Source: an uncultured Chloroflexia bacterium (GTDB lineage: Bacteria > Chloroflexota > Anaerolineae > CG2-30-64-16). From it: a stretch of DNA of 64,000 bases. The translations under genes and the position numbers were made by a program. The DNA is taken from assembly GCA_963810095.1 (NCBI GenBank), contig CAWEMM010000009.1, positions 512,001-576,000 of the forward strand, read 5' to 3'. Under the pieces are notes generated by a model. It saw only the letters and a program-made list of their open reading frames with translations, was not told the origin of the DNA and did no database searches. Shown in pieces: positions 53,635 to 64,000 of this stretch. Every line of letters begins with the position of its first letter. Positions within the stretch are counted from its first letter, which is position 1.

Positions 53635-54414
53635 ATGGAGTGGCGTGTGGCAAACAACATTAAGTACCAGGACATCAAGACGTTAATTCGCGAGGAAATC
53701 CTGACCGGGCGCTTTCCGCCGGGCAGCCAGCTCCCGTCTGAGCCGCGGCTGGCCGAGCGGTATCGGGCCAGCCGGGGGACCATTCGCGAGGCGCTGCGCG
53801 AGCTGGAGCAGGATGCTGTGATCGCACGCCGGTCGGGGATCGGGACGATCGTGCTCCGCCTGCCAAAGAGCGCCCTCATCACGTCCTTCACCGAGCAGGT
53901 GCGGGCGCGGGGCATGACCCCATCGACGACGGTGCTGAGTGCCCGCCGGATCGTGGCGGCCCAGGCACGCGGACGCGCCTGTGAAGCGTATCTGCTCAGC
54001 CCGGAACAGGCTGCGGTCACCGAGGTGTACGAGATCAACCGCCTGCGTTGTGGCGACAGCCAGCCGCTCGCACAGCAGATCACCTATCTGCTGGCGGCCG
54101 ATTTCGGCCGCGACTTGCTCGAGGAGGAGGACTTCACCGGGAGCCTCTTCCAGCTGTATGCTCGCTATCGGCGCCGGGTGGCGTGGGCCGACGAGATCGT
54201 GTCGGCCCGGCCGGCCACTTCCATCGAGACCAAGACATTAGGCATGGCCGACATCAAGCCTTCGCAGCGGATGGTCTATCAGCGCCAGCGTATTTCCTAT
54301 GACGCCGATAACCAGCCGCTCGAAGTCCTCCTGTCGATCGACCGCGCCGACTTTTTTCAGGGCTACCGCTTTCGCATCATGGAAGAGGACCCCATCACGG
54401 CCCCGGCCGCATAG
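53635..54414 (+). CDS. GntR (HutC/UTRA) transcriptional regulator
   Basis: KYQDIK..PGSQLPSE..ASRGTIREALREL..GIGTIV; SFTEQV; RLR..PLA; GSLF UTRA domain; start may be GTG53647. Confidence 0.93.
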   Translation: MEWRVANNIKYQDIKTLIREEILTGRFPPGSQLPSEPRLAERYRASRGTIREALRELEQDAVIARRSGIGTIVLRLPKSALITSFTEQVRARGMTPSTTVLSARRIVAAQARGRACEAYLLSPEQAAVTEVYEINRLRCGDSQPLAQQITYLLAADFGRDLLEEEDFTGSLFQLYARYRRRVAWADEIVSARPATSIETKTLGMADIKPSQRMVYQRQRISYDADNQPLEVLLSIDRADFFQGYRFRIMEEDPITAPAA

Positions 54415-54455
54415 GGCTTCAGGTTAGACACGCGCGACTCAGGGAAGGAGGGCAC

Positions 54456-56743
54456 ATGACGAACACATCGAGCGACAAGCTCCTTCTGGAACCCGACCCG
54501 GAACTGACCGAGGCCCTGGATCAGATCGCCAGCATCGGCGCGCGCGACATTGACCGCAAACAAGCCGTGCGCGAGATGGCCGAGATCGCCCGCCGCGGCC
54601 TGCGGTCAGAGGCGTGCCTCATTCTGTTGGTCGACCACAGCACGGGTGCGGTAGAGCACCTCGAGTGCGTGGGCAACCCGGAGGTGCAGCGCCACCTGTG
54701 CGACCGTCGCATGCGCTGGGGGCCCCTGCTCTCCCGGGCCGGCGGCGGGCGGGCTGCGCCCGCTGAGCCGATCGAGCGCCTGGGTCTGATCGAGGAGGGG
54801 TTTGGGGTGCTCTTGCCCCAGGTTGCGCGACAACACCGGCTGCACGCGCTCCTCGCGCATCCGCTGCTCGATGACCGCGGGCTCTTTGGCTACCTGGTTC
54901 ATTTCAGCCCCCGCAACGCGTTTTCAGAGCCGGAGCGCCGCCTCGCGACGGTGATGGCACGGCATATCTCGAGAACCTTCGAACGGTTGGAGAACCTGGC
55001 GAGCCGCCGCAGCCTGCAATGGCTCAGTGCAGGGATGCAGAAGCTGGCCGAGGCCGAGAGCGAGGATCAACTCCTGGAGATCCTGCTGCAGGTGGGCATC
55101 GACCTGGCTCATGCGCCGCGCGGCACCGTGGAGCTGCTGGACACTGCGACCGGCGAACTGGCCATCGTCCGCCAGGAGGGGGGGCAGCCCACCCAGCGCA
55201 AGCTGGCGCAGGGCCAAGGCATTGCCAATGTCGCGCTCCAGGAGGAGCGGCCCATTATCGTGGACGACGTGACCCAGCCTCCTTGGTCGGCCATCTTCGT
55301 CGAGCACTGGTCTGACACCCGCGCCGAGTTGGCCGTTCCGATAGTAGTCACGAGTGCCGCGGTACGCCGCGGCCTCGACGTCGTACCGCGTCTCGGCCGT
55401 TTGGCGTGCTCAACCTGGAGAGCCCCGATGTCGGCGCCTTCACGCAGACCGACGCGGATCTGCTCTGGTCGCTCGTCCGGCACGGTGCGGTGCTGTACGG
55501 CCACTTGCAGGCCGAACGCAAAGCGCGCGAGCTGGGTGCCGTGCACCAAAAGATCCTGGACAACGCCGACTGGAACGAGACGATCGACATTATGATGAGC
55601 GCGGTCAACACGATCCTGGGCTATCCCTACATCAACATCTCGCTCGTTCACCAGGACATCGGCCGAATCCGGACCGAATACCTGTTGGGTGTGCCGCCTG
55701 CCGACATAGAACGCTTCCGCACCCTTGCCGACCACCCGCTCGACAGCAACGATATTCAGGCGCACATCTATCGGGACCAGCGTATCGAGGCGCCGGAGCC
55801 CGACGACGAGCGCCTGGACCCGATAGTCGTCGCCGCGTTTGGCCAGGCCGACCTCGTGCGCGTCTTTCTGCCCATGATCGCACCGTCGGATCACCGGGTC
55901 ATCGGCACGCTCGAAGCCGGTTTCAAGCGCAGCCGGCACCGCCAGTACATCTATGAAGAAGATGTCCAAATCCTCAAGGCGTTCATCGACTACACGGCCT
56001 ACGCGCTGGACAAGCGCCAGGCCTACATCCTGGACAAGATCGGCCACGAGTTCCGGGCGCCGCTCGCCGGCATCCGCAACAACGCGCACGAGATGCAGCG
56101 CTACATGCACACCATGAACGCAGATGTCATCCACCACAAGTTCGACGACATCATCACCGACTGCGAGATTCTGCTTTCGCAGCTGGCCGAGCTCGAGCAC
56201 ATCCTGGGCAAGCCGCCGCCACCACCCAAGATCGCGCGCACTCTGGTGTTTCGCGACGTCGTGATCAAGACCCTGCGCCAACTGCAGCCGGAACTGCGGC
56301 ACCGCGGCCTGCGCGCGTTCGACTACGACCCCAACGATATCCTCAGGCTCGGTATCATGTACGTCGACAAGACGCGCCTGGGCCAGGTCTTTCTTAACCT
56401 GATAACGAATAGTATTAAGTACGCAGGACCGAATAAGGCGGAGTTCCGGGGTAAGGTGGAAGTGCAGGCCGATGAGTCGGGCCAAGCCTGGCTAGTCAAG
56501 GTGCAGGACTGGGGCATTGGCGTGGGCGAGGAGTACAGGGAGGCGATCTTCCTGGACGGCGTCCGCACGCCCGAGGCGAAGCACTGCGATCCGACCGGTT
56601 CGGGGCTGGGGCTGACCATCTCGCGCCAGATTATGCGTGAGATTGGCGGCGACCTGACCCTAACTCACATGTCCAAGCCCACCGAGTTCGTTGTCCGCTT
56701 GCCGAAAGCGCTTGCTCGCAAGCCCGAAGGAGATTTGCGATGA
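54456..56743 (+). CDS. Cytoplasmic multi-GAF sensor histidine kinase; frameshift near 55390
   Basis: GAF motifs (GQGIA..DDV..RAELAVPI..LNLES..AF); H-box GHEFRAPL; N-box NLITNSIKY; DWGIG; GSGLGL; no TM segment. Confidence 0.92.
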
Positions 56744-57168
56744 TCTACATGGTCGACGATGAACCCAGGTATGTGGTGACGTACCTGAAGGAACTGGAGC
56801 GCCGGGGCTACAAGGTGCGTCCCTTTGATTCCGTCGACGCGGCGTGGGCCGCGCTCCAAGCCGACCTGGAGCAGGTCCAGCTGGTCATCCTGGACATCAT
56901 GATGTCGTCGGGCGAGCAGTACTCGCCCGACGAGACGCAGCACGGCCTGCGCACCGGCGTGCGCTTCTACGAGGAAGTGCACGCCCTGGCGCCCCGGCTG
57001 CCCGTCGTCATGCTCACCAACGTGACCGACAGCAAGCTGATCGAGCGGTTCCGCAGCGTGGGGATTCCCTGGTTTCCCAAGTACGAGACATTCGCCGATG
57101 AGCTTGGCGACTGGGTCGACGCACTGTTCGAGGAAGAGCGAGCGCGGCAAGACGAGGTGCGATCATGA
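56740..57168 (+). CDS. Single-domain response regulator
   Basis: MVDDE; ILDIMM; MLTN; FPK; ATGA overlap with the kinase gene. Confidence 0.92.
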   Translation: MIYMVDDEPRYVVTYLKELERRGYKVRPFDSVDAAWAALQADLEQVQLVILDIMMSSGEQYSPDETQHGLRTGVRFYEEVHALAPRLPVVMLTNVTDSKLIERFRSVGIPWFPKYETFADELGDWVDALFEEERARQDEVRS

Positions 57169-57944
57169 CGCAGCCGGATGCTTCACGCGACCTGAGGCTG
57201 CCGCTGGCAGGCCGGGAGCCGGCCGGTGGCTATGCCGGGCAGCACTCCTGGCCGGGCGCAACTAAGTCGCCGCGACGGCGCGACCCGGTCCTGCGCGAGG
57301 AGGAGCTCCGGCGCATGAACGATGCAGAGCGGAGCGAGCGCTGGAACACGCTTCAGAATCCGCCTGACAAAGAGGCATTTATCCAAGCCGTCTGGTACTT
57401 CCTGGCGCGCTGCTGCGCGGCCGACGTTCCGCTCCTGCGCCAGGTCCGGGAGCATCCCCCTGCGTTCGCGGATAAGGACATCCGCCTCCAGATCGATCGG
57501 GCGCTGACCCACGCGTTGGCGCTGCGCGCTCAGCTCTGGCGCGAGACGCTTCGGACGCAAACGCCGGGTTGGCACGAGAGTGGGCCACTCCTGCAGTTGA
57601 TCACACAAGCGGAGCGGGACGAACTGCCTCAACTCCGCGAACTGGTCGAAACAACCCAGGCGAGCGGCATCTTGCGCGCGCCTGCGCTCCAGCGGATCGC
57701 GACGATCGATGCGACGTGGGACACGCTCGCGCTCCTGCGCCGCCACAGTCTTTACCCCCACGAGCCGGATGAGGCAGTGCGCGTCCGGGCCATCGAGTTC
57801 CATCGCTGGCTGCGCGCCCAGTTCGTGCTCCAGCTTACGGAGGCGGAGAAGGTTGAGGGCCCCTATGCGTGGCATTTCGAGCCGCGCGACCCGTCCGAGG
57901 ACCCTTCTCCTGCCGTGCAGTTTCTGCTCGCTACCGGCCAATAA
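57165..57944 (+). CDS. Hypothetical all-helical (HEAT-like) protein
   Basis: ATGA overlap with the response regulator; repeated 'dlPlLRel..lR..a..a' helices. Confidence 0.65.
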   Translation: MTQPDASRDLRLPLAGREPAGGYAGQHSWPGATKSPRRRDPVLREEELRRMNDAERSERWNTLQNPPDKEAFIQAVWYFLARCCAADVPLLRQVREHPPAFADKDIRLQIDRALTHALALRAQLWRETLRTQTPGWHESGPLLQLITQAERDELPQLRELVETTQASGILRAPALQRIATIDATWDTLALLRRHSLYPHEPDEAVRVRAIEFHRWLRAQFVLQLTEAEKVEGPYAWHFEPRDPSEDPSPAVQFLLATGQ

Positions 57945-58001
57945 GCCCCGACGGCTTGCTCACATCGACCTATTGCTTCGCATCTGCCGGCTGGAGGCAC
58001 C

Positions 58002-59909
58002 ATGGCGCGCAAGCCCCTTATCGAGATCGACGCCTTGCTCTCTTCTGACGAGCACATCGCTGCCGCGCAGATCAACGGGCGGAAGGCCCTCGAGCAAGAG
58101 CTGCGCGGTTCCTCTCTGGCCAGCGTGGCCGACCGGGTTGTCGACGCGTGGCAGCGCAGGTTCCTGAGCCTGCTGCGGCTCACCGGCTTGCGCATGCAGG
58201 TGGAGGAGTTCCCTCCCGCAGGCTTGGCCGCGTTTCGAGCGATCAAGGACTACGTCGTTCCGGAGCGGGAGGTCGACGCCCGCTTTCCCTGGCTCAAGGC
58301 CGGCTGTGACGGGAACGACGCGGGCCAGCAATTCCTGGCCCAGGCGTATGCCGAGTACGTGCTGGAGCGTAACAAGGCTCGCACCAAGGTGCTGATCCCG
58401 CGACTGGGCAACTGCGAGCCCGCCCTGCGCACGCAGTTGCAGCACTGCCGCAGCACCTTGGGGGGCCAGGCGGGCAACATCGTGACCCTTTGGCGCCTCA
58501 TGGGCGGCGCACCGCGGCTGTTCATTCCGATGCGCTCCAGCGGCGTAGTGGCGGCCGCCGCAGAAGTCGGCGGCATCGACGACGTGACTTGCTGCATCCT
58601 GGAGGATGGCGTGGCACGGGAGGAGCCGCTGCACAGCATGCGAACCGGCATTCCCGACCGCGGGGGCCGCGTTCACGAGGCTCCTTCTGGCGCCAGCATC
58701 TGCGTGCCCTACCGCGGCTGCCGGCAACTGTGGATGTTTGACGGTTTTCGCAATCCCTTTGCCCTCTCGGTCGACGACATGCCTTTCCGGCAGCTCGAGA
58801 TCTGGGTTGGCGACCGGCTGCTGGGAGGGCCTTTTGCGAACGAAGCCGCCCGCACAGACCTTGTTTGGCCCCACATCTGCCTGTTCGGCGAGACCTACGT
58901 CGAGAATGACCGCCTGGTCATCCGGCTTGCGACAGGGGACGAAGTGGCGGCTGCCTTCGCAAACGGGCCGGCAGCGGCCGTGTTGGGTGGCTTTGACGCG
59001 GTCTACAAGGACAAGTGGTTGGCCGGGCAGGCCGGGCTGATCGACCAGTTGGAGGCGGTCGCCCTCGAGCAGTTGCGCGGGCTCAAGCGGCAGCACATCA
59101 GGATCGGCGTCGAGATGAGCGCCGGGCCCTCGGACAGCTATCTCCGCTTCCTGATGCTCGCCTGCCGGGAGGGTCTGATCGACGCGGTCGGCGCGAACGG
59201 CGAGGAGAAGAATGAGCTGCCTGCGTTTGTGCGTCAGCTGAGTGATCTCGATCCGACCGCACTGCCTACCGAGCTGGCCGCCGAAGTCTTGGCGCAGGGG
59301 GACAGTATGGACCCCGACCGCCTGGCCTTCTTGCGCGCGCTGGTGTTTGCGAAGACCCTGCAGATCCCAACCCTCTACATTCACACCACGAAGACCGATC
59401 TCATCCTGTGCCGTCGCTCCCCCGTCGAACCGGAGAGCGGCGAGCGCAGCCCCGGGGCCACGTCGCGCGACCTGGCGGCGTTGCAGAGCGCCCAGGCTTC
59501 GGCGATGGTCAGCAAAGGGTTGGGCATCGGCGGATTGCTGTGGCGGAACTACGGGGCGGAGTGGAAAGCCGGACTCACGCGCCTGCCATGCGCGGTAAAG
59601 CCAGACGCGTACGTGTCGCTCAAAAAGTTGGTGTGGGCGCTGCCGGTCCGGCAGCCCCTGCCTGAAGCGGTGCTCCTGGAGCGCCTGGCCTCCGGCCTGA
59701 TTCCCGACGTGGACGAAGAATACGGGCTGGCCCTCCTGCCCGTACTGTGGCCCTCGCCCGAGGTCGAGAAGAGCGAGTGGGGCCTGCCCGACGACTTCAA
59801 CTCTACGGGCGCCGGCGACATGGCTTTCGGCGCATTCTTCCTGGTGCAGACCGAGGGACTCCATTCGTGGACACCTACGCTCGAAACCGCGCAACCAGTT
59901 ATGGCCTGA
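58002..59909 (+). CDS. ADP-dependent glucokinase/phosphofructokinase-like protein (ribokinase superfamily), divergent
   Basis: GGAGG RBS; LGGQAGNI; VLGGF; IGVEM; DAVGAN..NEL; LYIHT; STGAGD anion-hole motif. Confidence 0.7.
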   Translation: MARKPLIEIDALLSSDEHIAAAQINGRKALEQELRGSSLASVADRVVDAWQRRFLSLLRLTGLRMQVEEFPPAGLAAFRAIKDYVVPEREVDARFPWLKAGCDGNDAGQQFLAQAYAEYVLERNKARTKVLIPRLGNCEPALRTQLQHCRSTLGGQAGNIVTLWRLMGGAPRLFIPMRSSGVVAAAAEVGGIDDVTCCILEDGVAREEPLHSMRTGIPDRGGRVHEAPSGASICVPYRGCRQLWMFDGFRNPFALSVDDMPFRQLEIWVGDRLLGGPFANEAARTDLVWPHICLFGETYVENDRLVIRLATGDEVAAAFANGPAAAVLGGFDAVYKDKWLAGQAGLIDQLEAVALEQLRGLKRQHIRIGVEMSAGPSDSYLRFLMLACREGLIDAVGANGEEKNELPAFVRQLSDLDPTALPTELAAEVLAQGDSMDPDRLAFLRALVFAKTLQIPTLYIHTTKTDLILCRRSPVEPESGERSPGATSRDLAALQSAQASAMVSKGLGIGGLLWRNYGAEWKAGLTRLPCAVKPDAYVSLKKLVWALPVRQPLPEAVLLERLASGLIPDVDEEYGLALLPVLWPSPEVEKSEWGLPDDFNSTGAGDMAFGAFFLVQTEGLHSWTPTLETAQPVMA

Positions 59910-60531
59910 CCCTGGTCGCAGGCCGGCCGCTGCCCCCTGATCTGACTGCCGCCGTGCTGCAGCTGCAGCATGACGTCGAACAGGAGGTCCCCGGCTGGTT
60001 TGAATGGTACGCGGCCGGGAGTCTGCACGTAACCCTCGCCGCGCCCTTGCGCGGGCGTTATCGGGCCGCACCACCGCTCCGGCGCTCAGAGCTGCCCGCG
60101 GGGCTGTCCGAGTTCTTCGACGGGCTCATCCTGACCTGTGCCGCGCTTCCCGCTCGAACTCTCCGCGGCCGGGGCGCATCTCACGCACCGTTCCCTGCTG
60201 GTAGACATCGAAGGCGGCAAAGAGCACAAGGCGCGCTTGCGCGAGCTGATCGGGCGCACGCCGGGATGGGATGCGCCCAAGGGGCCCCTCGGGCGGCTGC
60301 ACCTGTCGGCCGGTTATCTGGTCCCGGGCGTTGACGAAGCGCGCGGGTGCTCACGTGGCGCCCGTTGCCCGCGCCTTGCCCGTGGCAAGCGCCATGGTCG
60401 ACGAGGTCGCGCTCGTGCACTACGCCAACCGGACCCTCGCGTCGATCGTCGGCGAGGTGCGCCTGCCCCTCGGCGGTGCGCACATCGGCTCCGAAACGTC
60501 ATTCCTCGCCGCGCTGCAAATAGCGGGCTGA
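59867..60531 (+). CDS. 2H phosphoesterase (2'-5' RNA ligase-like); frameshifted
   Basis: SLHVTLA and RLHLSAG HxT/HxS pair; VALVHY C-terminal strand; overlaps the end of the kinase gene. Confidence 0.72.
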
Positions 60532-60590
60532 CGCGAACCGGGCAGCACCAAGCGGATCCACGGCGTGCATTCTTGCGCCCGTTGCACTAA

Positions 60591-60706
60591 ACTGATCTGA
60601 AAATGGGACGCTGATGCAACTGATTGAACTGATCTGCTCTATTCTTTGGGCAGAGATCGTGGTAACCGGTCCGATCCTTCCAATCAGTGTCCCATTTCAG
60701 ATCAGT
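60591..60706. repeat. Palindromic element copy 1 (about 24-bp terminal inverted repeats)
   Basis: actgatctgaaaatgggacgctgat ... atcagtgtcccatttcagatcagt. Confidence 0.8.
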
Positions 60707-60743
60707 CTAGGATCGGTGGGGTAGGCGGAGGGAGTACGAAACG

Positions 60744-61490
60744 GTGGTGACCTTCCTTAAGGCGGAATGGCGGGACCTTCTGCTGGTGAACTACGTGGCC
60801 CCGGTGGAGCTGTTGGCGCGCCACCTGCCGCACGGCGTCGAGTTGGACCTGTACCAGGGCCAGGCGTTGGTGAGCCTCGTCGGCTTCCGGTTTCTGCACA
60901 CCCGGTTGTTGGGCCGCATCCCCGTCCCGTTCCATGTCAACTTTGACGAGCTGAACTTGCGCTTCTACGTCCTCCGCCGGCTGCGCGGCAGCGAAGTGCG
61001 CCGGGGCGTCGTCTTCGTGCGTGAGTACGTCCCGCGGTTCGCCATCGCCGTGACGGCCCGGGTGTTGTACCAGGAACCCTACAGATCCGCACCGATGCGC
61101 CGCCGGCTCGTGCTGGGGGGGCCCGAGCGGGAAGCAGCATACTCCGTCCGCTGGGGCGGGGGGTGGCACACGCTCATTGGGCAGCCCGCGGGCCCGACGG
61201 TCCTCGCGACGAATGATCCTGAAGCCGGCTTCATCGTCGAGCATTACTGGGGTTACACCAGGCGCACCGCCGGCAAGACCGGCGAATACCAGGTGGTACA
61301 CCCGCCGTGGCAGGTGCAGCGCGCCGCTGCGGCCCGGTTCGAGGGCGACCCAAACGCGGTGTACGGCCCCGAGTGGGCGAGCGTGCTGCGGGCGCCGCCC
61401 GTCTCGGCCTTCTTTGCCCAAGGATCGCCCGTAAAGGTGATGGGCGGCTCGACGGCAGCCACGACTGATACAACGGATCGAACTGATTGA
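60744..61490 (+). CDS. DUF2071 (YqjF-like) protein
   Basis: FLKAEWRDLLLVNY; LVSLVGF; FDELNLRFYV; RGVVF; FIVEHYWGY; HPPW. Confidence 0.9.
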   Translation: MVTFLKAEWRDLLLVNYVAPVELLARHLPHGVELDLYQGQALVSLVGFRFLHTRLLGRIPVPFHVNFDELNLRFYVLRRLRGSEVRRGVVFVREYVPRFAIAVTARVLYQEPYRSAPMRRRLVLGGPEREAAYSVRWGGGWHTLIGQPAGPTVLATNDPEAGFIVEHYWGYTRRTAGKTGEYQVVHPPWQVQRAAAARFEGDPNAVYGPEWASVLRAPPVSAFFAQGSPVKVMGGSTAATTDTTDRTD

Positions 61491-61580
61491 GCTCATCTCC
61501 ACTGTCCTTTAGGGAAAGATCGTGACTATCAGTCCGATCCGTTCAATCAGTGTCCGATTTAATCCTGGTGTCCCATTTCA
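61463..61580. repeat. Palindromic element copy 2 (related to 60591-60706)
   Basis: ctgatacaacggatcgaactgat..agatcgtg..gtccgatccgttcaatcagtgtcc..gtcccatttca. Confidence 0.72.
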
Positions 61581-61636
61581 TCCCGCGTTGTCCCGCAGCG
61601 CGAGGTAGGTGTTATTTACAGTAATGGAGGGAGAAC

Positions 61637-63070
61637 GTGTCCCAAGCCTCACCCCTGGAACGCGGAACACCCGAAGCGCAGGGCGTTGCCTCGTCGGCAA
61701 TCTCCCACTTCATCGAAGCAGTCGACGCCCGAAATCTCGGTCTGCACAGCTTCATGCTGCTGCGCCACGGCCGGGTCGTTGCGGAAGCGTGGTGGCGGCC
61801 GTTCGCGCCACAGCTGCCCCACATCCTCTACTCGTTAACCAAGAGCTTCACGTCCACGGCGGCCGGGTTCGCGGTCGGCGAGGGCAAGCTGGACCTTGAC
61901 GATCCCGTCCTGAAGTTCTTCCCTGGCGACGCGCCCAAGAACCCGTCCGAGCACTGGCAAGCCATGAAGGTACGTCATCTCCTCAGCATGACTACGGGCC
62001 ACGCAGAAGACCCCGGGGCGCAGGTTAGCCAGTATCCGCCGAGCGAATGGCTGCGCCGCATCTTTGAGACGCCTGTGCCGTACGCACCGGGTACGCACTT
62101 CGTCTACAACAGTACCGCATCGCACCTCGTGTCCATCATCGTGCAGAAGTTGACGGGCCAGAAGCTCGTGAACTTCCTGCGCGACCGACTCTTTCGTCCG
62201 CTCGGCATCAGCCGGCCCTATTGGGAGACCGACCCGATGGGTGCTAACTGGGGCGGGTGGGGGCTGTACCTGCGCACGGACGAGATCGCGCGCTTCGGGC
62301 AGACGCTGCTCCAGCGCGGCGTGTGGCAGGGCCAGCAGGTCATTCCGGCCGGGTGGGTGGACCAGGCCACCCGCAAGCAAGTGCCCAACGGTGACGACCC
62401 GAACAGCGACTGGGCGCAAGGTTATGGTTTCCAGTTCTGGATGTCACGGTATGGCTTCCGGGGCGACGGCGCGTTCGGCCAGTTCTGCGTGGTGCTGCCC
62501 GAGGAAGACGCAGCGCTCGTCACGACTGCCTCCACCCCCGACATGCAGGCCGTCCTGAATGTGGCCTGGGCGACCTTGCTGCCCGGAATGGAGCCCGGCG
62601 CGCTCGGCAGAGAACCCGGGCGCCGCTAGCGGCGCTTCGCGAGCGGTTAGCGGGCCTGGAGATCGAGCATCCTGCAGGCGGCTTCGCGTCCGCATTCGAG
62701 GCGGAGTTGCTGCGCTTCCCGTTCCGGCTCGACCCGAACCCGCTGGGCTGGGAGGCGCTGGCGCTGCGTCGCGACGGCGACGCGCTGACGATGACCCTGA
62801 CCATCGCCGATCAGGAGCCGGTGATCCGGTTCGGAACGCGTGACTGGCAGAACGGCACCCTGCGGCTCGACATGCCTGCAGATTTGCAGGTGGCGGCCAC
62901 GGCCCGCTGGACCGGCGGGATGAGCCTTGAGGCCGTTGCCTGTTACCTGCTCCCGGCCGCGCCGTACGTTCAAGATCAGCTTCACGGTGTATAACGTGGA
63001 AGTGCGCACTACACTGTTCGGCACGTTCGCCACGCCGCAGGAGGTGGTGCTGCACGGCATCCGCTTCTGA
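61637..63070 (+). CDS. Serine hydrolase, beta-lactamase class C-like; C-terminus frameshifted
   Basis: YSLTKS SxxK; HLLSMTTG; FVYN; LFRPLGI; GYGFQFW; RGDGAFGQ. Confidence 0.88.
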
Positions 63071-63170
63071 TGGAAGCGCGTCCCTCCCCTCGTGGCGCAA
63101 CCCTGGCCGGACTCCCTCGTATTAGAGAGCAGATTCGACGGGGACGCGTGATCCTGAAGTTCGGAGGCCG

Positions 63171-64000
63171 TTGATGAACGACAGAGTGCTGAACGTGAGC
63201 AGCTTTCGCAAGCGTTACGGCGCTAAGACAGTGGTGGACGGGATTTCATTTGCCGTCCACCGGGGGGAGATTTATGGTTTGCTTGGGCCGAATGGCGCGG
63301 GCAAAACCACCACGCTAGAGTGCCTGGAGGGACTGCGCCGGGCCGACGAGGGACACCTCGAGGTCCTTGGAGTCGATCCTGGCCGCCAGCCGGGCAAATT
63401 GCACGAACTGATCGGGGTCCAACTGCAGACCTCTGCGCTGCCCGCCAGCATGACGCCGGCCGAAGCAATGCGCTTCTTCTGCACCTACCACCACAAGCCC
63501 GTGCGTATGGACCTCGTAGACCGCCTCGGCCTGGCCGAGAAGCGGCAGGCACAGTACGGTTCGCTGTCGGTGGGCCAGCAGCGTCGCCTCAGCCTCGCCC
63601 TGGCAGTCGCGCATCGGCCTCCCGTGCTGTTTCTGGATGAGCCGACAGCAGGTCTCGACGTCAACGCGCTGCGCCGAACTGCACGCGCTCATCGGCGAGC
63701 TCAGGGCCGAGGGCACGACCATAATCCTTGCCACCCACGATATGGCCGAGGCGGAGAAGCTCGCGGACCGCGTCGCGATCATGCTGCGCGGCAAGATCGC
63801 GGTGACAGGCACGCCGCTCGAGTTGACGGCCACCGGCGCCGGCCTGACGAAGATTTCTGCCCGGACCGAGGCATCGGCCCTGCAGCACGACGGGCTCATT
63901 TTGCCGTCCGTCGTCCGGGAGCAGAATCGACGGCGACTACGTCGTGTACTTGACAACCGACACAGGCGCGACAGTCACGGCCGTCCTTGACGCAATCAAC
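63171..64000 (+). CDS. ABC-2 type exporter ATP-binding protein; frameshifted, runs off the window
   Basis: GPNGAGKTT; LSVGQ; FLDEPTAGLD; ATHDMAEAE. Confidence 0.92.

Noticed and set aside
57960-60074. 704-aa minus-strand ORF and similar long antisense ORFs (828-2189, 12406-14298, 55109-56485)
   Set aside because: Shadow frames of well-supported opposite-strand genes in high-GC DNA; no motifs

Overview
High-GC bacterial window. Gene content and repeat families suggest a Chloroflexota (Anaerolineae/Caldilineae-like) organism; this is an inference. Many genes, including essential trmD, are split by single-base frameshifts, most likely long-read assembly indels, so gene models were stitched across frames by eye and their ends are approximate. 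In order, the window holds: lipoprotein/membrane genes (DPP IV, DUF333, holin-AlkP-Yip1 fusion, RDD); an XRE-cupin regulator and a di-haem cytochrome c peroxidase; AlkB and GH127; a complete corrinoid methyltransferase (O-demethylase-type) cluster with a divergent GntR regulator; tRNA-Glu; a microcompartment satellite (2x EutN plus aldolase); the housekeeping block trmD-rplS-rnhB-yraN-miaA and mscL; a TPR-CHAT + caspase-like + clostripain triple cysteine-protease cluster; araD/HAD; secreted surface proteins including a near-identical tandem pair; a three-gene unknown cluster with two paralogues; an SPFH gene divergent from a GntR-HK-RR-unknown-ADP-dependent-kinase-like-2H-phosphoesterase operon; a DUF2071 gene bracketed by palindromic repeats; a serine hydrolase and an ABC ATPase. 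The best candidates for undescribed systems are the protease triad, the kinase/2H operon and the three-gene cluster.
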